A stretch of 63,440 nucleotides of DNA, filler included, from Rhabdomonas costata (GCA_019059605.1; 51 parts of 51 records of this genome joined end to end with filler, not necessarily neighbours in it), one strand, 5' to 3'; counted from the whole stretch's first letter, positions 1 to 11,778 are shown. Numbers and translations are program-made. The notes: generated by a model from the letters alone, not told the origin.

Positions 1-666
1 GGGGGTGGGGTGGATCCCTGGCGCTGCAGCCCTTAGGCCAGCAAAGCGTGAAGGAGGCCGTGGTGCTTGTGCTTCTGCTGGTTTCCGTTGTCCTCGCAGT
101 GTTCACTAAAGGGTGCGTCATCTTCTTTTATGTTTTTCCTCCTTCCCAGTTGTTTTGCACTTTGCGTTTTCGCAATGGGACCCTCCGTTGCGTTTTGAGG
201 TAGCTCTGGACGAGCGTTGCGGGACTCAAGGTGTGAGCTTTCATTAGCTTTCACACCAGTTACCATTCCAGAGCATAGAACGCTATACAGACGCTACCGA
301 AATCGGGGCCCTGCCCCGGGTGCTTTGATGCACCCACGGCCGGTAATTGTAGGATTCACGTGAACACACACATATACACATCTGTCAAAAGCATGTGTGG
401 TCCGCTGGAATCCGCATTGAGCAGAAGTAACCCCTCCCAAAGAGACCAGCAATGGGCAAAATGGTTGTGCATGGAATGTCACAATGAAAGTCAACCAACA
501 AAAGAACAGGAACAATCGAGGGAGTTGTCCAGCCTCTCAAGGAGGCGGGCTCACTCTTAGCAATCCTCATTGATGTATATGGCCCTAATCAGCGAGGTCA
601 GGGACCGGGGCTCCCAGGTTAATCAGCAACCGAAGAACTCACTTTCGCGCACCCGCATACACACAG

Positions 667-900
667 CTTCTGCGAATGGGACTGCTCTCGGCGCGGCGAT
701 CGCTGCGCCACCTCCACCTCCCTGGTGTGCCTGCCGATTTATCGCGTGCCCTTCCTGCTGGACTACCTCCTGCTCTTCGTGTGCTACGCCTGCATGGGGC
801 TCAGTGCGGTGCTTCTCCTTGCTCTGGCCCGAAGGGCCCGCCCACTGACAGTGGTGGCCTCCCTTGGCATCCCAGTGGCTCTGGGGGTGCTGGGGTGGCG
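667..900 (+). CDS. Internal exon of a hypothetical membrane protein
   Basis: CAG acceptor at 664-666; GC3-rich frame FCEWDCSRRGDRCATSTSLVCLPIYRVPFLLDYLLLFVCYACMGLSAVLLLALARRARPLTVVASLGIPVALGVLGW with two hydrophobic segments. The 3' boundary is approximate. Confidence 0.4.
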
Positions 901-3900
901 GCTATGTCCCTCGCTGAGCTCGCTTTTGCCACCTCCCTCATGAGGCCGGTTGCGCTTCAACTCCGTCCTGTGCTCTGAAGATGTTGGGCGTGTGGGCAAT
1001 ACTTGCATACTACAAGCCATCCGAGCATGGCTGTGTTGCCCCAGCAGTACGAACCCGCTGCTAATAAAGGAAATAAAGAAAGCAGACCCGACAGACGCCA
1101 AGCAAAGCCTTGTGTTTTGCCCCGCGCTCCTTTCCACCCCCAACAACNNNNNNNNNNNNNNNNNNNNNNNNNNNNNNNNNNNNNNNNNNNNTTAATTAAT
1201 TAANNNNNNNNNNNNNNNNNNNNNNNNNNNNNNNNNNNNNNNNNNNNTGTTTTGGGTTACATCTGTGTGTTCAGGGCCTCACCCTTGAGTGCTGTCGTTT
1301 TTTGTTGGGCCCCTCTTGTCGCCATTCCCGGTGTCTTCACGTGAGTGGTGCTGATTGTGTTGTTGGTGTATGCATTTTGACGTGAGCTGTGCCTCTGTTT
1401 CTGGCCAAACGGGATTTTGTCTGGTTTATTTGGAAGGTGTTTCCTTCGTTGCTTGCCTTCTACTGGGGCGGATTACCTTCGACATCTGCAGTACAGTAGA
1501 CGCACCCCCCCCCCCGGCTATTCAAGAGTGCATAACGACCGCATGCGCAACAATCGCTTCGATTGATATTTGGGGGGGCTGCTCGCTGCGCTCCGCGGTT
1601 GAAGACTCGTAGTGCAGAGCTATCGCTCCTTTGGTGTGCGGCCCGTTTGTTTGTGTCTGTCTAACTTCATACATGGGACCTGGCATCAGTCGGAAATGAG
1701 GTTGGATCATATATTTTGGCCACGCAATGACCGGTCCGGACGTTTCTGGGGCTTGTGACTTATGCCCTTCAATTGAGCCGGACTGTCATGAATTCATTCA
1801 GCAGATTCGAACTCAAACTTTTCGACCTCAAAGGGCTTCCTGGCCCTCTGTCTGGGGTATTTTGGAGATCAGAGCTGCTACTAACTGCTTGGCCAGGCTT
1901 TGGCTCCTGTGTGGACAGTAAAGCTGTGTGCAAGAACCCCTAGTCGGCTAGTCAGCGCCTGTTGGGGACTTTTTTTTTCAGGTATGGCCTGGTATGTCAT
2001 CATATACCCTCAGACTGACACTCCGTTCTCGCCCGCATCACCTCACCCCAACCCACCTGTACTTCATCTTCTTCAGGAATTCTGACTTCTGTTTTTTTTT
2101 TGTATTTTCGAAGTGTCATTTCCGAGCTGCAGCTGAGCTGCGTTAACAATCAATTTAGTTGTTCTTTCCTGGCCAGTCTCGAGCATCACCAAACGCAACA
2201 CCTCTTTTATGGACGCGCTGCTCTCCGTGGGGCCACGTGGCGTGCCTGGTGTGCCTGAATCCACCACATGGTCGGGAGTTCCTCCGGAGTACCGTTGTCC
2301 GGCGAGTCCATTGTGATTCTTGTTGTCCACAAAAATCGTCAAGTCCACCTGCACCCACGCCGAATCACGCTTACCGGAAAGGCCACCCACCCCCNNNNNN
2401 NNNNNNNNNNNNNNNNNNNNNNNNNNNNNNNNNNNNNNTTAATTAATTAANNNNNNNNNNNNNNNNNNNNNNNNNNNNNNNNNNNNNNNNNNNNCAAATC
2501 GTTCATTGGCAATTTCTTGTAGCGTTCGTATTTTCGTGTGCAGTAGTGTCGGCATCCCCAGCCAGCGCCAGGCCAGCCGGCTGTTTCCGTTTGCTCACAT
2601 ATCTCGGCAGACACAACTAACATCACCATGAAAAATTCCTGAAAACCCAAATCCAGACCAAAAACGTGAACGCTTGACTTTTAAAAAGCGAATCAAATCA
2701 AAATAGGGGCACACTTCAGGTGCTTTGGAATTCCAACGAGCTCGGTTGACAATGCATTTGGTGGTACATTTTCACCCCACACCCCCGAAAAACCTGTGTC
2801 TCATTTTTGGACAGGAAGCCACAGCATGGACAGAAACCGCGTCTGAATTCATGAATCTGAGGAATATTGTCGTTTTCTTTGTGGTTTTCCCCTGCGGAGA
2901 GAACCAGAACAGAGAGGAGAGGCTGAAACGCAAGCATCGCAGAAGTAATGCAGGTGGGGATAGGTTTCTTTTACGTTTCACTCAGGGACGCAAAGCAGCT
3001 TTCGTGGTCACGATAACGAGCATTCACTCAGAGACGTATGTGGAAGGACTGTGTGTACGGGAGCGGGGAAGAGGAGGGGGGGGTTCGCGAATAGCTCTTG
3101 GTCGGTGTACCTTGTGTCCTCTCGAAGGAACCAGCGCTGGTCGGGCTGCCTCCGCCATTCTCATGGAAGATCTCCTTTTTCAGATACAAGCAAAAGAGAG
3201 TGTCCCACTCCGCACTGCATCACCACACCCACCACCGCTGGCGTACTATCCAGCGGCATTCGCCAGTAGGATGCGCTGGTGATGGCACAGTCTTCAGATT
3301 GCAGCAATTCGGTGGCATCCTGAATGCTTTCCGAACCGCATCACGCCGTTGCATAATCTCATGTCCTCAGTGACTCAGAAGAGAAATGTCAACACAACGC
3401 ACAGCCCCCGCTTTTCATCCCGCCAACACTTCCCCTCTCCAAGCCTAAGAAGAACCAGTGGCCAAGCATAAGAACTCCGATTTCGATTTGGGGAAGCACA
3501 CCTCCCGTCGGGCACGCTGGATGGCTTCTTGAATTTGGAAGTCCACCAAGGTGAGCCAGTCCAGCCAAAGGTCTGCGCGCGGTTGCACCCCCCTCCCCCC
3601 AATCTGACAGCCAGACACACAGATCTCCCAAAANNNNNNNNNNNNNNNNNNNNNNNNNNNNNNNNNNNNNNNNNNNNTTAATTAATTAANNNNNNNNNNN
3701 NNNNNNNNNNNNNNNNNNNNNNNNNNNNNNNNNGTGTTGGTGTGCTAACAAATAGGATCAGGCCAAAAACTCGTGATCACATCGGGACGGCAAAATCGAA
3801 TCGTTTCATGTTCCACTGATGTTCATGTTTTATAAATGGGAGCGCACAGCGGCAGCTGCCAAAGAGCAATTTAACTTTCAACCGAGAGATTCCGGGATGG

Positions 3901-3913
3901 GTCCCATTGAGAC

Positions 3914-4295
3914 CTTCCTCGCCTTGGGTCCGGCGGATCGCCTCCACCACGCTCTCCAGCGCAGCCACCGGGAACCCCTGCGCGAGCATCTGCCGTGCCT
4001 GCAGCAGCAGTGGCAGAGCGGTCACCTCAGCCGCGGAAAGCGGAACCTCCGCCTGCAGCACTCGGCCATCCGCAGAACGGATCTCCAGAGTGGTCTCGGG
4101 TACAGAGGGGGCCCCACCCGTACCACCACTGCCGGCACTGCACGACGAGCTTTGCTCGACGCATTCGGGAGACGAGGAAGAAGCAGGTGATGAAGTGGAG
4201 TGAGTGGATGATGAGGATGGCGACGACGACGAAGATGCGTGAGGTTGGCTCGGAGGAGCGGAGGAAAAGCCGAAGAAACTTCTCCACGAGGCCAT
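3914..4295 (-). CDS. First exon of a protein with a Ser-rich N-terminus and a helical segment resembling a plant-type C2HC zinc-finger protein family
   Basis: ATG at 4295 and G|GTCTCA donor at 3913. LLLQARQMLAQGFPVAALESVVEAIRRTQGEEG resembles a recalled plant motif LLxxARQLIxQGKPSQALQAVVMAMRxxGGDEA. Confidence 0.5.
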
Positions 4296-4985
4296 CACTT
4301 AGGAAACATACAAAAGCTGCAGGCGCAGAAGGTGCTGAATGGGGCCATGTGAGCTGATGTTCAAAAGTCAAACCAAACCAAGGGTCCAAACCTACACATG
4401 ACAGAAGCGCCAACGAAGGAACATGTCAGCTGTCTGGGAAAATAAACCACCTTGGGGCTTAAGCCGAAGCACAGGAAACGGCTGCGCGCTGGTCCTTGCA
4501 CCCCAGGCCAGTCACTTCCATTTTTGGCTGTCTGGGCAGCAATTCTCCATCCCTGCAATTCGCTCGCATATTCACATTTTTCACTGTCACCGGGTCCACG
4601 TATCGAGGTTGTGTTCTTTCGGGTGTTCTTTCGGGGATTACAACGCAACAACGTCTTTTCTCTTCCACCTTGTCAATATGGGTGAGAAGTGGAAAGCAAA
4701 CTCACGATCAAACTCATTTACCCGCTTTTCTGGCGCGTTTTTATCATCAGCACAATTAGTACCAAAATTTGTCCACACCTAAAGGTGATATCTGCGAAGG
4801 CCACAGCAAGCTTCAACGCAGCCCAGTGAAGGCTCTCAACAAGCCCAAGTGTCAGATGTCTCGTTAACTCAAAACCAACCNNNNNNNNNNNNNNNNNNNN
4901 NNNNNNNNNNNNNNNNNNNNNNNNTTAATTAATTAANNNNNNNNNNNNNNNNNNNNNNNNNNNNNNNNNNNNNNNNNNNNGGGTT

Positions 4986-5779
4986 TTGGGTGAGGTCTGC
5001 CAAAATGGCAGTTCTTTCTACCGGAAGTGTACCAAGTGTCGAAAGAATATTTATGGCAAATCATCCTCTATTCTTGAGTCCTCGCCCATGCCTTTGAAGC
5101 AATGGCTTTTCTTGGCTTACTTCTGGGCCCATGACTGTGTTCGCTCGGTACACAGCCGCCCCTCTTTGGCCACCTGGTCAAAAATGTTCATGCTGTGTCC
5201 TCAACTGGGAAGCTACTCATTCTGATGTGACCCCCTTTGGGGGTAAAGGCGTGGAGGTCGAGGCCGATGAGTTTGTGCCACGGGAGGAAGAGAAAGGGCA
5301 TGCATGGCCACGACACTGATATAAAGGGTGACTTCAGAGGTTTGTATGACAGATCTGCGGGTTGGGTTTTCATACAGGCCTATGAGCAGGTCCAAAGGGA
5401 CTCTGAAGAACGGAGGATCGCTCCGCCAACCATTCGCGATGTCCGCCATTTAGTGTAAAAGATTGCTCCGGGCTCCGATCTTTTTTTACCGATGGTGCCA
5501 AGGCGCATAAGTCTCTTTCGAACTAATGTGGCCTCTCCTGGTCTCCCTTCGATCACTCATGCGGGGAATTTATTCGTAAGGAACGTTTCCATGGTAAGCT
5601 CCAGGACTTTATCGACCCAAGGATTTGATGGGGGTGCCCTCAAGACCACCCTCCGCTCGAGAGGGGGTGTCCATGGGGACCTCATTGAAGCCAATGTCAA
5701 GGAGTTCCAGTGGCGTAGAAACTTCCCTGATGATGTGGATCCCTTCATTGCGCTGCAATGCTGCATACTTAATGGCTAA
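4986..5779 (+). mobile_element. Degenerate Merlin/ISXO2-like (IS1595-related) DNA transposase
   Basis: Across frameshifts: KCTKC...SILESSPMPLKQWLFLAYFW, FGGKGVEVEADE (first Asp), LFTDGAKAHKSL (second Asp), TQGFDG-GALK and EFQWRRN...DPF. Several frameshifts and an in-frame stop. Confidence 0.85.
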
Positions 5780-6851
5780 TTTCAGTGACCCTTGATGTTC
5801 TTCCGTCCTTTTCCTTATGGCCCGTTTAGTTTACTTATTCCAAATAAAAGTGCAAATACCGTAATCTCAGAACCGCACCACAACACACATGACTGGGTTT
5901 AAACCATATCTTTACGGGACCCCTCCCAGCGGTTTGCCGCTATTGCAACCAACCGAATCACTATTTTACCCACATTGCCAAAATTCCTTCATGTTTACCC
6001 TTTCGAAGACCTTCTTGACGCCAAAAAAGCCCCATTTTCAAGCAGTTTTGCCCCCAAAATCCGTTCCCAGAGCCTCAAAAACCCTCAATTCATATAAATT
6101 CCGTTTTCCGGAACCCACCACCACCCCNNNNNNNNNNNNNNNNNNNNNNNNNNNNNNNNNNNNNNNNNNNNTTAATTAATTAANNNNNNNNNNNNNNNNN
6201 NNNNNNNNNNNNNNNNNNNNNNNNNNNGGTTTTTGTTACGGCACTGCTGAAGTGTGACGCGAGGGATCTATTCCAGCAAACCCTCCACAGACGCAGCGCG
6301 TTTTACGTCTCAACATTTGGTGCCCAAAATATACGCCCGACAATGGTACCCGCCTCAGCAGCCCGACCAGCGCCTAAACCAGAAATTGCCGTAGTTCAAC
6401 CTACTACTCAAAGCCCAGCACATAAATGTTTTGATCAAACAACGCGATCGACGATGGTATGAAACAAAGGAAAGGTCCGGTTTCTCAACACCGAATGACG
6501 CCGCTGTCCCCTCGCGGTTGGCACCTCACGGCGTGTACCAAGCGGAGCTGCCAACCGCTTTAACAGCCAGTACCCAGAAGAGCTTCGCTCCCTTCTGGGA
6601 GTTGTGGATGTTCCAAAGCGGACCCTTCGAAAGGCGCAACTATCCAATGTTCCCCGTCTGCCGTTCTTGAACATTCGAAAATTGAGCTATCCGGAAAACC
6701 CTTACCCCACGTCAGGGTGAACACGCCACAGCCTGAATAGAGGTGTGCAGGAACGACCACACACCAGCAATCCATGAATCCATGCGTTACCCAAGATGCA
6801 GAGGCAAGAACTCTTTACGCGTATTTTCTTAACCCCGGAAATGCGGCAGAC

Positions 6852-7359
6852 CTGAAGATGAGAACTGCAGCCAGGGTAAGGAGCAGGACTACGGCAACCA
6901 CGGGGATTACCACGGGAATAGGGTTGAAGGCCTGGAAAGGAGGCGGCCCAGACCAGGGAAGGGGCTGCTGCACAACCCCGTTGCACGCGACTTGGGCCAG
7001 CGCGGCAGCCACCCGGAAGTCCGTCGGGGGGAAGGCAGGGATATAGTTGTTGGCTTGCACCTGTGCGTGGGTGTCCACGTGGGTGGGAGTTTTGGCGCAG
7101 AATTTGGGATCGCTTAGTCGAAAATCGTCATCACGCGCTCACAAAGCGAAACTGAACGGCGCTGGGAGAAGGGGGCAAGACTGGAGAGAGAGTGCTACCA
7201 TCGCCAGCACGCCAACGTCCGCAGACATCCAGCGAATGAAGCTCAGTGTGGCGTTCAGCGCGGCACATCCCGCGGGGGTGCTCCACAAGTCCTTCCGGAC
7301 GACAAAGGTGGAGAAGCCGACGATGGGGTAACTCTTCTCCCCGGCAGTGTCCAGGATGT
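6852..7359 (-). CDS. PstS-like (type 2 periplasmic-binding fold) domain, C-terminal part, followed by a transmembrane helix; 2 exons
   Basis: Exons 7359-7199 and 7060-6852, GT-AG intron 7198-7061 in phase 0. ILDTAGEKSYPIVGFSTFVVRK and TLSFIRW match PstS xYPIxxxTxxxxxK and lxFxxW. It ends in the hydrophobic IPVVIPVVAVVLLLTLAAVLIFR. Confidence 0.75.
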
Positions 7360-7826
7360 CTAAAGCAGATATTTNNNNNNNNNNNNNNNNNNNNNNNNNN
7401 NNNNNNNNNNNNNNNNNNTTAATTAATTAANNNNNNNNNNNNNNNNNNNNNNNNNNNNNNNNNNNNNNNNNNNNCAGCTTTCCTTCCTATAACGACCGAT
7501 TCCCTGCCTGGAAAGGTTGATGGCAAGCCTTCTGCCTGGACGGCAGTTTCATCCAATACAACCCACCGACCCACCTGGAACAAGGGTTAAACTGCCAAAC
7601 ATTATGTGCAACAGAGCGGAAAGAAATCACCGAGCAGGCATACCAGAGCGTTATTTCAGCCAAGGGCACGATAAAAATGTCGAAAGGAAGCGCGGGATTC
7701 CACGATGGAACACAAGCACGTAACCTACCCACACGTGGCTCTCCATCTCCTGGCCCTCCTCTTTTTGACGCGAGTTCAGCTTCTCCTTCGCCAGCTCGGG
7801 GTCCGCGGCCTCTATGGCGGAATGGC

Positions 7827-8601
7827 TTACGCCTTCTCCGCAAGAATCGCAAAGTCGCTCTCCGCGAAGGGCAGCACCCAGTGCTCCGTGACTTACACGC
7901 CTCCCAAGCACGTTGGCCGCACCAGAACCACCTCAGGTGTCAGGGCGAGCGGTCGCCGCAATCCGCCGCAGGGCCTTCCCCATCACTGGAAAAGTCCCAC
8001 CAGCCCATCCCGCTGCTGTTGCGAAGGCTGCTGCTACTTTTCCACCTATCGAACTGATGGCCGGACCTCATCCCAGGAGTCCAGGATCGCCTTCGGCTCC
8101 TCCTCGAAATCCACCTTGGTCACCCCCATCGTTTCCTCCAAGAACATCGCCAGCGCGGCGGCATCCGCCAGGCCTTCGCCCACCATGGGCAGCGACACGA
8201 AGATCCCGAGCACGCGCACGCCCTTAACCCGCGGCCTCCAGAAGCTCGTGCTGCACAAGCAGGGCAGTGCTGGTTTTGCCCCTTCCCCCGGAGGACAGCA
8301 CAAGCCCTTCCCTCCCAAGCATCTTCCCCCAGCGCATCGCCACAGAGTTTCGCCAGCAGCTCGTAGGCGGACTCGCAGTCCTCGAGGTCCGGGGTAGCCC
8401 GAGCCGCGATGAGCCTCTGCCGCATGGCTCGAAAAGAAAGTCCAGCTTGCGCTGCAGGAACAGCTTCGAGGCCAGCCCGGGCTGCGAGGCCGCTTCCCGC
8501 GCTGCTTCGGGGTCCTCCAATAGCATCACCGAGCCCTGGTGGGCGCTCAGCGAGGCGCTGGAGAAGCACTTCCAGTTCTCCTTGCCGTGACTCTCCTCCA
8601 A
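7827..8601 (-). pseudogene. NACHT-type (STAND) P-loop NTPase pseudogene
   Basis: Motifs in correct order across three frames: LVLSSGGRGKTST (Walker A), VLGIFVSLP, AILDSWDEV (Walker B), RIAATARP (sensor 1), HWVLPFAESDF. Multiple frameshifts and stops. Confidence 0.7.
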
Positions 8602-9113
8602 AAATGCGATGCCAAAAAAACNNNNNNNNNNNNNNNNNNNNNNNNNNNNNNNNNNNNNNNNNNNNTTAATTAATTAANNNNNNNNNNNNNNNNNNNNNNN
8701 NNNNNNNNNNNNNNNNNNNNNTGTGTTTTGGTATATGGTGGGGGACCCGTATCAGTTGGATTGGGAAGAGGATAACTCGTAACTCGTCGGGCCTTCCTAT
8801 TGGAACGTGTAATTAAGAGTTTGTTTGTTTGTTTGCCCCAGAAGACGTGCCCTCGGTGCTGATCTTCGCCTTAAGCCTAATTCCCGTGCTTTTGCACTCG
8901 TTCATCGATCAGCCATTGGGTATATTAGTCAGCACTGCAGTGGCACAGGTTAACTGTCCTGCTTATATCTTCCAGCATTTTTAGCCGTATAGCAGCAAAA
9001 GAAAGGAGAAGGTTAGTGAGGAGTGGAGGGAATAGATGAAAGAAGACAGGAAAACTGGAGACAGCAAAGCCTGTCGAGGGAAGAGGAAGCTGTGCTTGTC
9101 TTTTTGGCCACAG

Positions 9114-9835
9114 GGCCATTCGGAGGAGACCACGCTGCTCACGGCGACGCTTTCCCAGCTAAGTGGGACGTGGCAGTCTTCGTTCGGGACCTTTTCGGAC
9201 TCCGACATGTGGCAGGCACGTCCTGCCACTGCGGCGCGGGTGGTGGTGTCGGCGTCCAGCGAGACTCATTCGATTGGGGCCAAGGCAAACCTCGACCCCT
9301 CGACCCCTCCTCATGCTCTTGTCCCTCGCTTGCTTTTATTGATTCGCATTTCTTTCCCTTGTGCTATACTCTGAGAAACGCTTCACTTCAACACTTCAAC
9401 AGAGCTAAACTAGCTACGCTCACACCCGATGCCACGATTCATCTGCCAGCTCCGTGTTGGCCCCATCCTTATAGGCCTGAAACGTTGAGGTGTGCCAAAA
9501 TTGTATGGGATTCGCGTGTTGCAGGCATTCGTCACCCCGTGGGTCGCATGATATTCCCAAATGGTGCAGCTAAGGAGATTATGGTTCCGCCAAGGTATTT
9601 TTTCAATTATGCGGGTGGTTTTCTCAGTACTGGCGACGATCGACTGCATGTCACTTTCTGCTTTTTCCAGGTTTCGGCCACCCCGTACTCCGTGGGGTTC
9701 GTGCCTCTGTTTGCGGCGCTGGACTCAAAATTGCCCGTTGCAATGATGAGGAACATGTTCCACAAGGCCACCACTCCCATTCCCGGACCTGTCCAGGACG
9801 CGATTGAGAATGCCACGCTCCCGGCCGACCTCTCG
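9114..9835 (+). CDS. PstS-like domain, middle part; 2 exons
   Basis: Exons 9114-9284 and 9671-9835 give GHSEETTLLTATLSQLSGTWQSSFG...IGAKVSATPYSVGFVPLFAALDSKLPVAMMRN...VQDAIENA, collinear with PstS SGTxxxFTxYLSxxSxxW...VxxTPGxIGYVxxxxAxxxxLxxAxLxN. Confidence 0.75.
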
Positions 9836-9968
9836 GTTCGATCTTCTCTCTCCCTCACGGATAACAACNNNNNNNNNNNNNNNNNNNNNNNNNNNNNNNN
9901 NNNNNNNNNNNNTTAATTAATTAANNNNNNNNNNNNNNNNNNNNNNNNNNNNNNNNNNNNNNNNNNNN

Positions 9969-10200
9969 TTTGTGGGGGCGTTGTAATCTGCTGGGTCTCA
10001 ACAGGAAGCGGTTCTATCGCATGATGCGCCAGTGGTTGTGGCGCAGGGCGAAGCTGCTGGACGACCACGCCGGGATGATGACTGTTCTGGCGGGCATGTC
10101 CCCTCTTGATCACAATTACATCAGCTTCATGCAGCAGCAGAACCGCATTCTTCGCGAGCTGCAGGAGATCAACGCCCAGCAGCCAACGATGAAATTTTAT
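9969..10200 (+). CDS. Exon of a hypothetical protein
   Basis: GC3-rich open frame LWGRCNLLGLNRKRFYRMMRQWLWRRAKLLDDHAGMMTVLAGMSPLDHNYISFMQQQNRILRELQEINAQQP; composition turns AT-rich after ~10195. No family recognised. Confidence 0.45.
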
Positions 10201-11513
10201 GTTGATTCTGTGCACATCGATGTATGCCCAATTCGTTTTTGCTTTTCCCAATATGAAGCCATAGTGCCGCGATGCGTCGGTAATGTACAGTATTTGGCTG
10301 TCCAGCGTGGCCCCCACCCCTGTTCTTTCCGAACGGGAGAGCATGGTGACGTCTGATCGCTGAATAATTGGACTTGTACTGGTTTATCCGAAGTAATTAA
10401 TCGAATAGCTTTTTGTGGCTGTGGGAAACTCATCAGTTTAGATCAAAACAGTCTATGTCATCTGCCCATTCGCGGAAGGCATTCAAAAAGTCCTGTGCAA
10501 AGCGGCTCAGAATGTTATTGGGTGATTTACACCGGATCCACACGATCACAACACAATCCGGGAGGGGGGTAACCAAACTTCAGCGTTGGTTTTATTAGCC
10601 CTCACAAGCGTCTGAAGGCTTATTGGTATGGCTCGATCAGATATTTAGGCCTCCTTCTCTCATGACACCTGCAACCGCTGTTGCTCCAATCAAGATAGTG
10701 CTTCCGAGGCTCAAGATTCATGACATTTAATGTTCGAATACATAACTAATTGCAGGCTCTGAGCGGGTTCCGGGCACTCCCCCCCCTTCCCGCGTACACC
10801 ATTTCACAAGACCAAAGTGCCGTAAGACCTTTTTGTTTCCCAGGAACTCGCCGCCGCGTTGGTCAAGATAACGCGACAGAGTTTGGGGTCCAGTGTGTTG
10901 CCACCGCTGCAGAGGGCGCCTTCGCTTACTGGTTTGAAGCCCTCGCCTCGAGGCAGCTCAGGTGCGACGACGCATATCTGTCGGGAGGCTTTGGATTTGC
11001 ATGTAACTCCATGTGCTGTTCGGGTTAGCATTCGAACTTGTTTTGCGTGTGCGTACTCGAGAATGCCATCTGTGTGTTTGCGTCACGTTCTTTGTGTTCT
11101 CGAGTACACACACCANNNNNNNNNNNNNNNNNNNNNNNNNNNNNNNNNNNNNNNNNNNNTTAATTAATTAANNNNNNNNNNNNNNNNNNNNNNNNNNNNN
11201 NNNNNNNNNNNNNNNGTTGGTTTGGCCTCGCCCTCTTCATGGTAACTATCTGGCAAAGCAAAAGAATTTTTGTGTTTTCAATTTTACATCTGCATCCGGA
11301 ATAACATGCTAGTCGGAAATTTCCAGGATAATTGCAGATGCTTTCTTCTTGGTTCTCTGGTTCTTGTTCCGTTTCATTTTTGAGTTAACAATATGCTCTG
11401 GTCCCTACTCATCTTTCACTCTCTTGGTTTTCCCCTCGCTTCATCGAAAAAATCGTACGCCAACAACTTTGACGACACTTTAGGAAGCAGATTTCCTTTT
11501 CCCTTTCCTTCAG

Positions 11514-11778
11514 ACGGTAGAAAGGTTGGTCGAGATTCCGGTTGTCGAGACTGTCCTCAAGCATGTCGAGGTCCCCTTCGATCGCACGGTGGAGAAGATT
11601 GTGGAGGTGTCATTTTGTTTTTTCTGAAGCGTTTTTGAGTGCGCCTTTACATCTTCTGTCCCTTCTGTTCCCGCCGTAGATTTCGGTCGAGGAAATCGTT
11701 GAGAAAGTGGTCAAGGTCACTGTTGATCGGTACGTCGACAGGACGATAACCGTTCCTCGCGACGTCGTGGTGGAGAAA
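11514..11778 (+). CDS. Articulin/epiplastin-like VPV-repeat membrane-skeleton protein; 2 exons (not in the ORF track)
   Basis: Exons 11514-11606 (TVERLVEIPVVETVLKHVEVPFDRTVEKIVE) and 11680-11778 (ISVEEIVEKVVKVTVDRYVDRTITVPRDVVVEK), 73-nt GT-AG intron in phase 0. Confidence 0.8.

Noticed and set aside
1148-1247. Regularly spaced identical TTAATTAATTAA units as a CRISPR-like or tandem array
   Set aside because: They are embedded in fixed N runs and give six-frame stops: a synthetic contig joiner. ORFs ending in X runs or LIN are artefacts of it.
4986-9835. Apparent cluster of transposase, PstS-TM, NACHT and PstS as an operon or defence island
   Set aside because: Each lies on a separate contig that appears ordered only by length, so adjacency has no biological meaning.
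9023-9916. 297-aa ORF, the longest in the track, as one protein
   Set aside because: It is a wrong-frame read of exon 1 plus an intron, joining the true frame only at 9671, and it runs into Ns.
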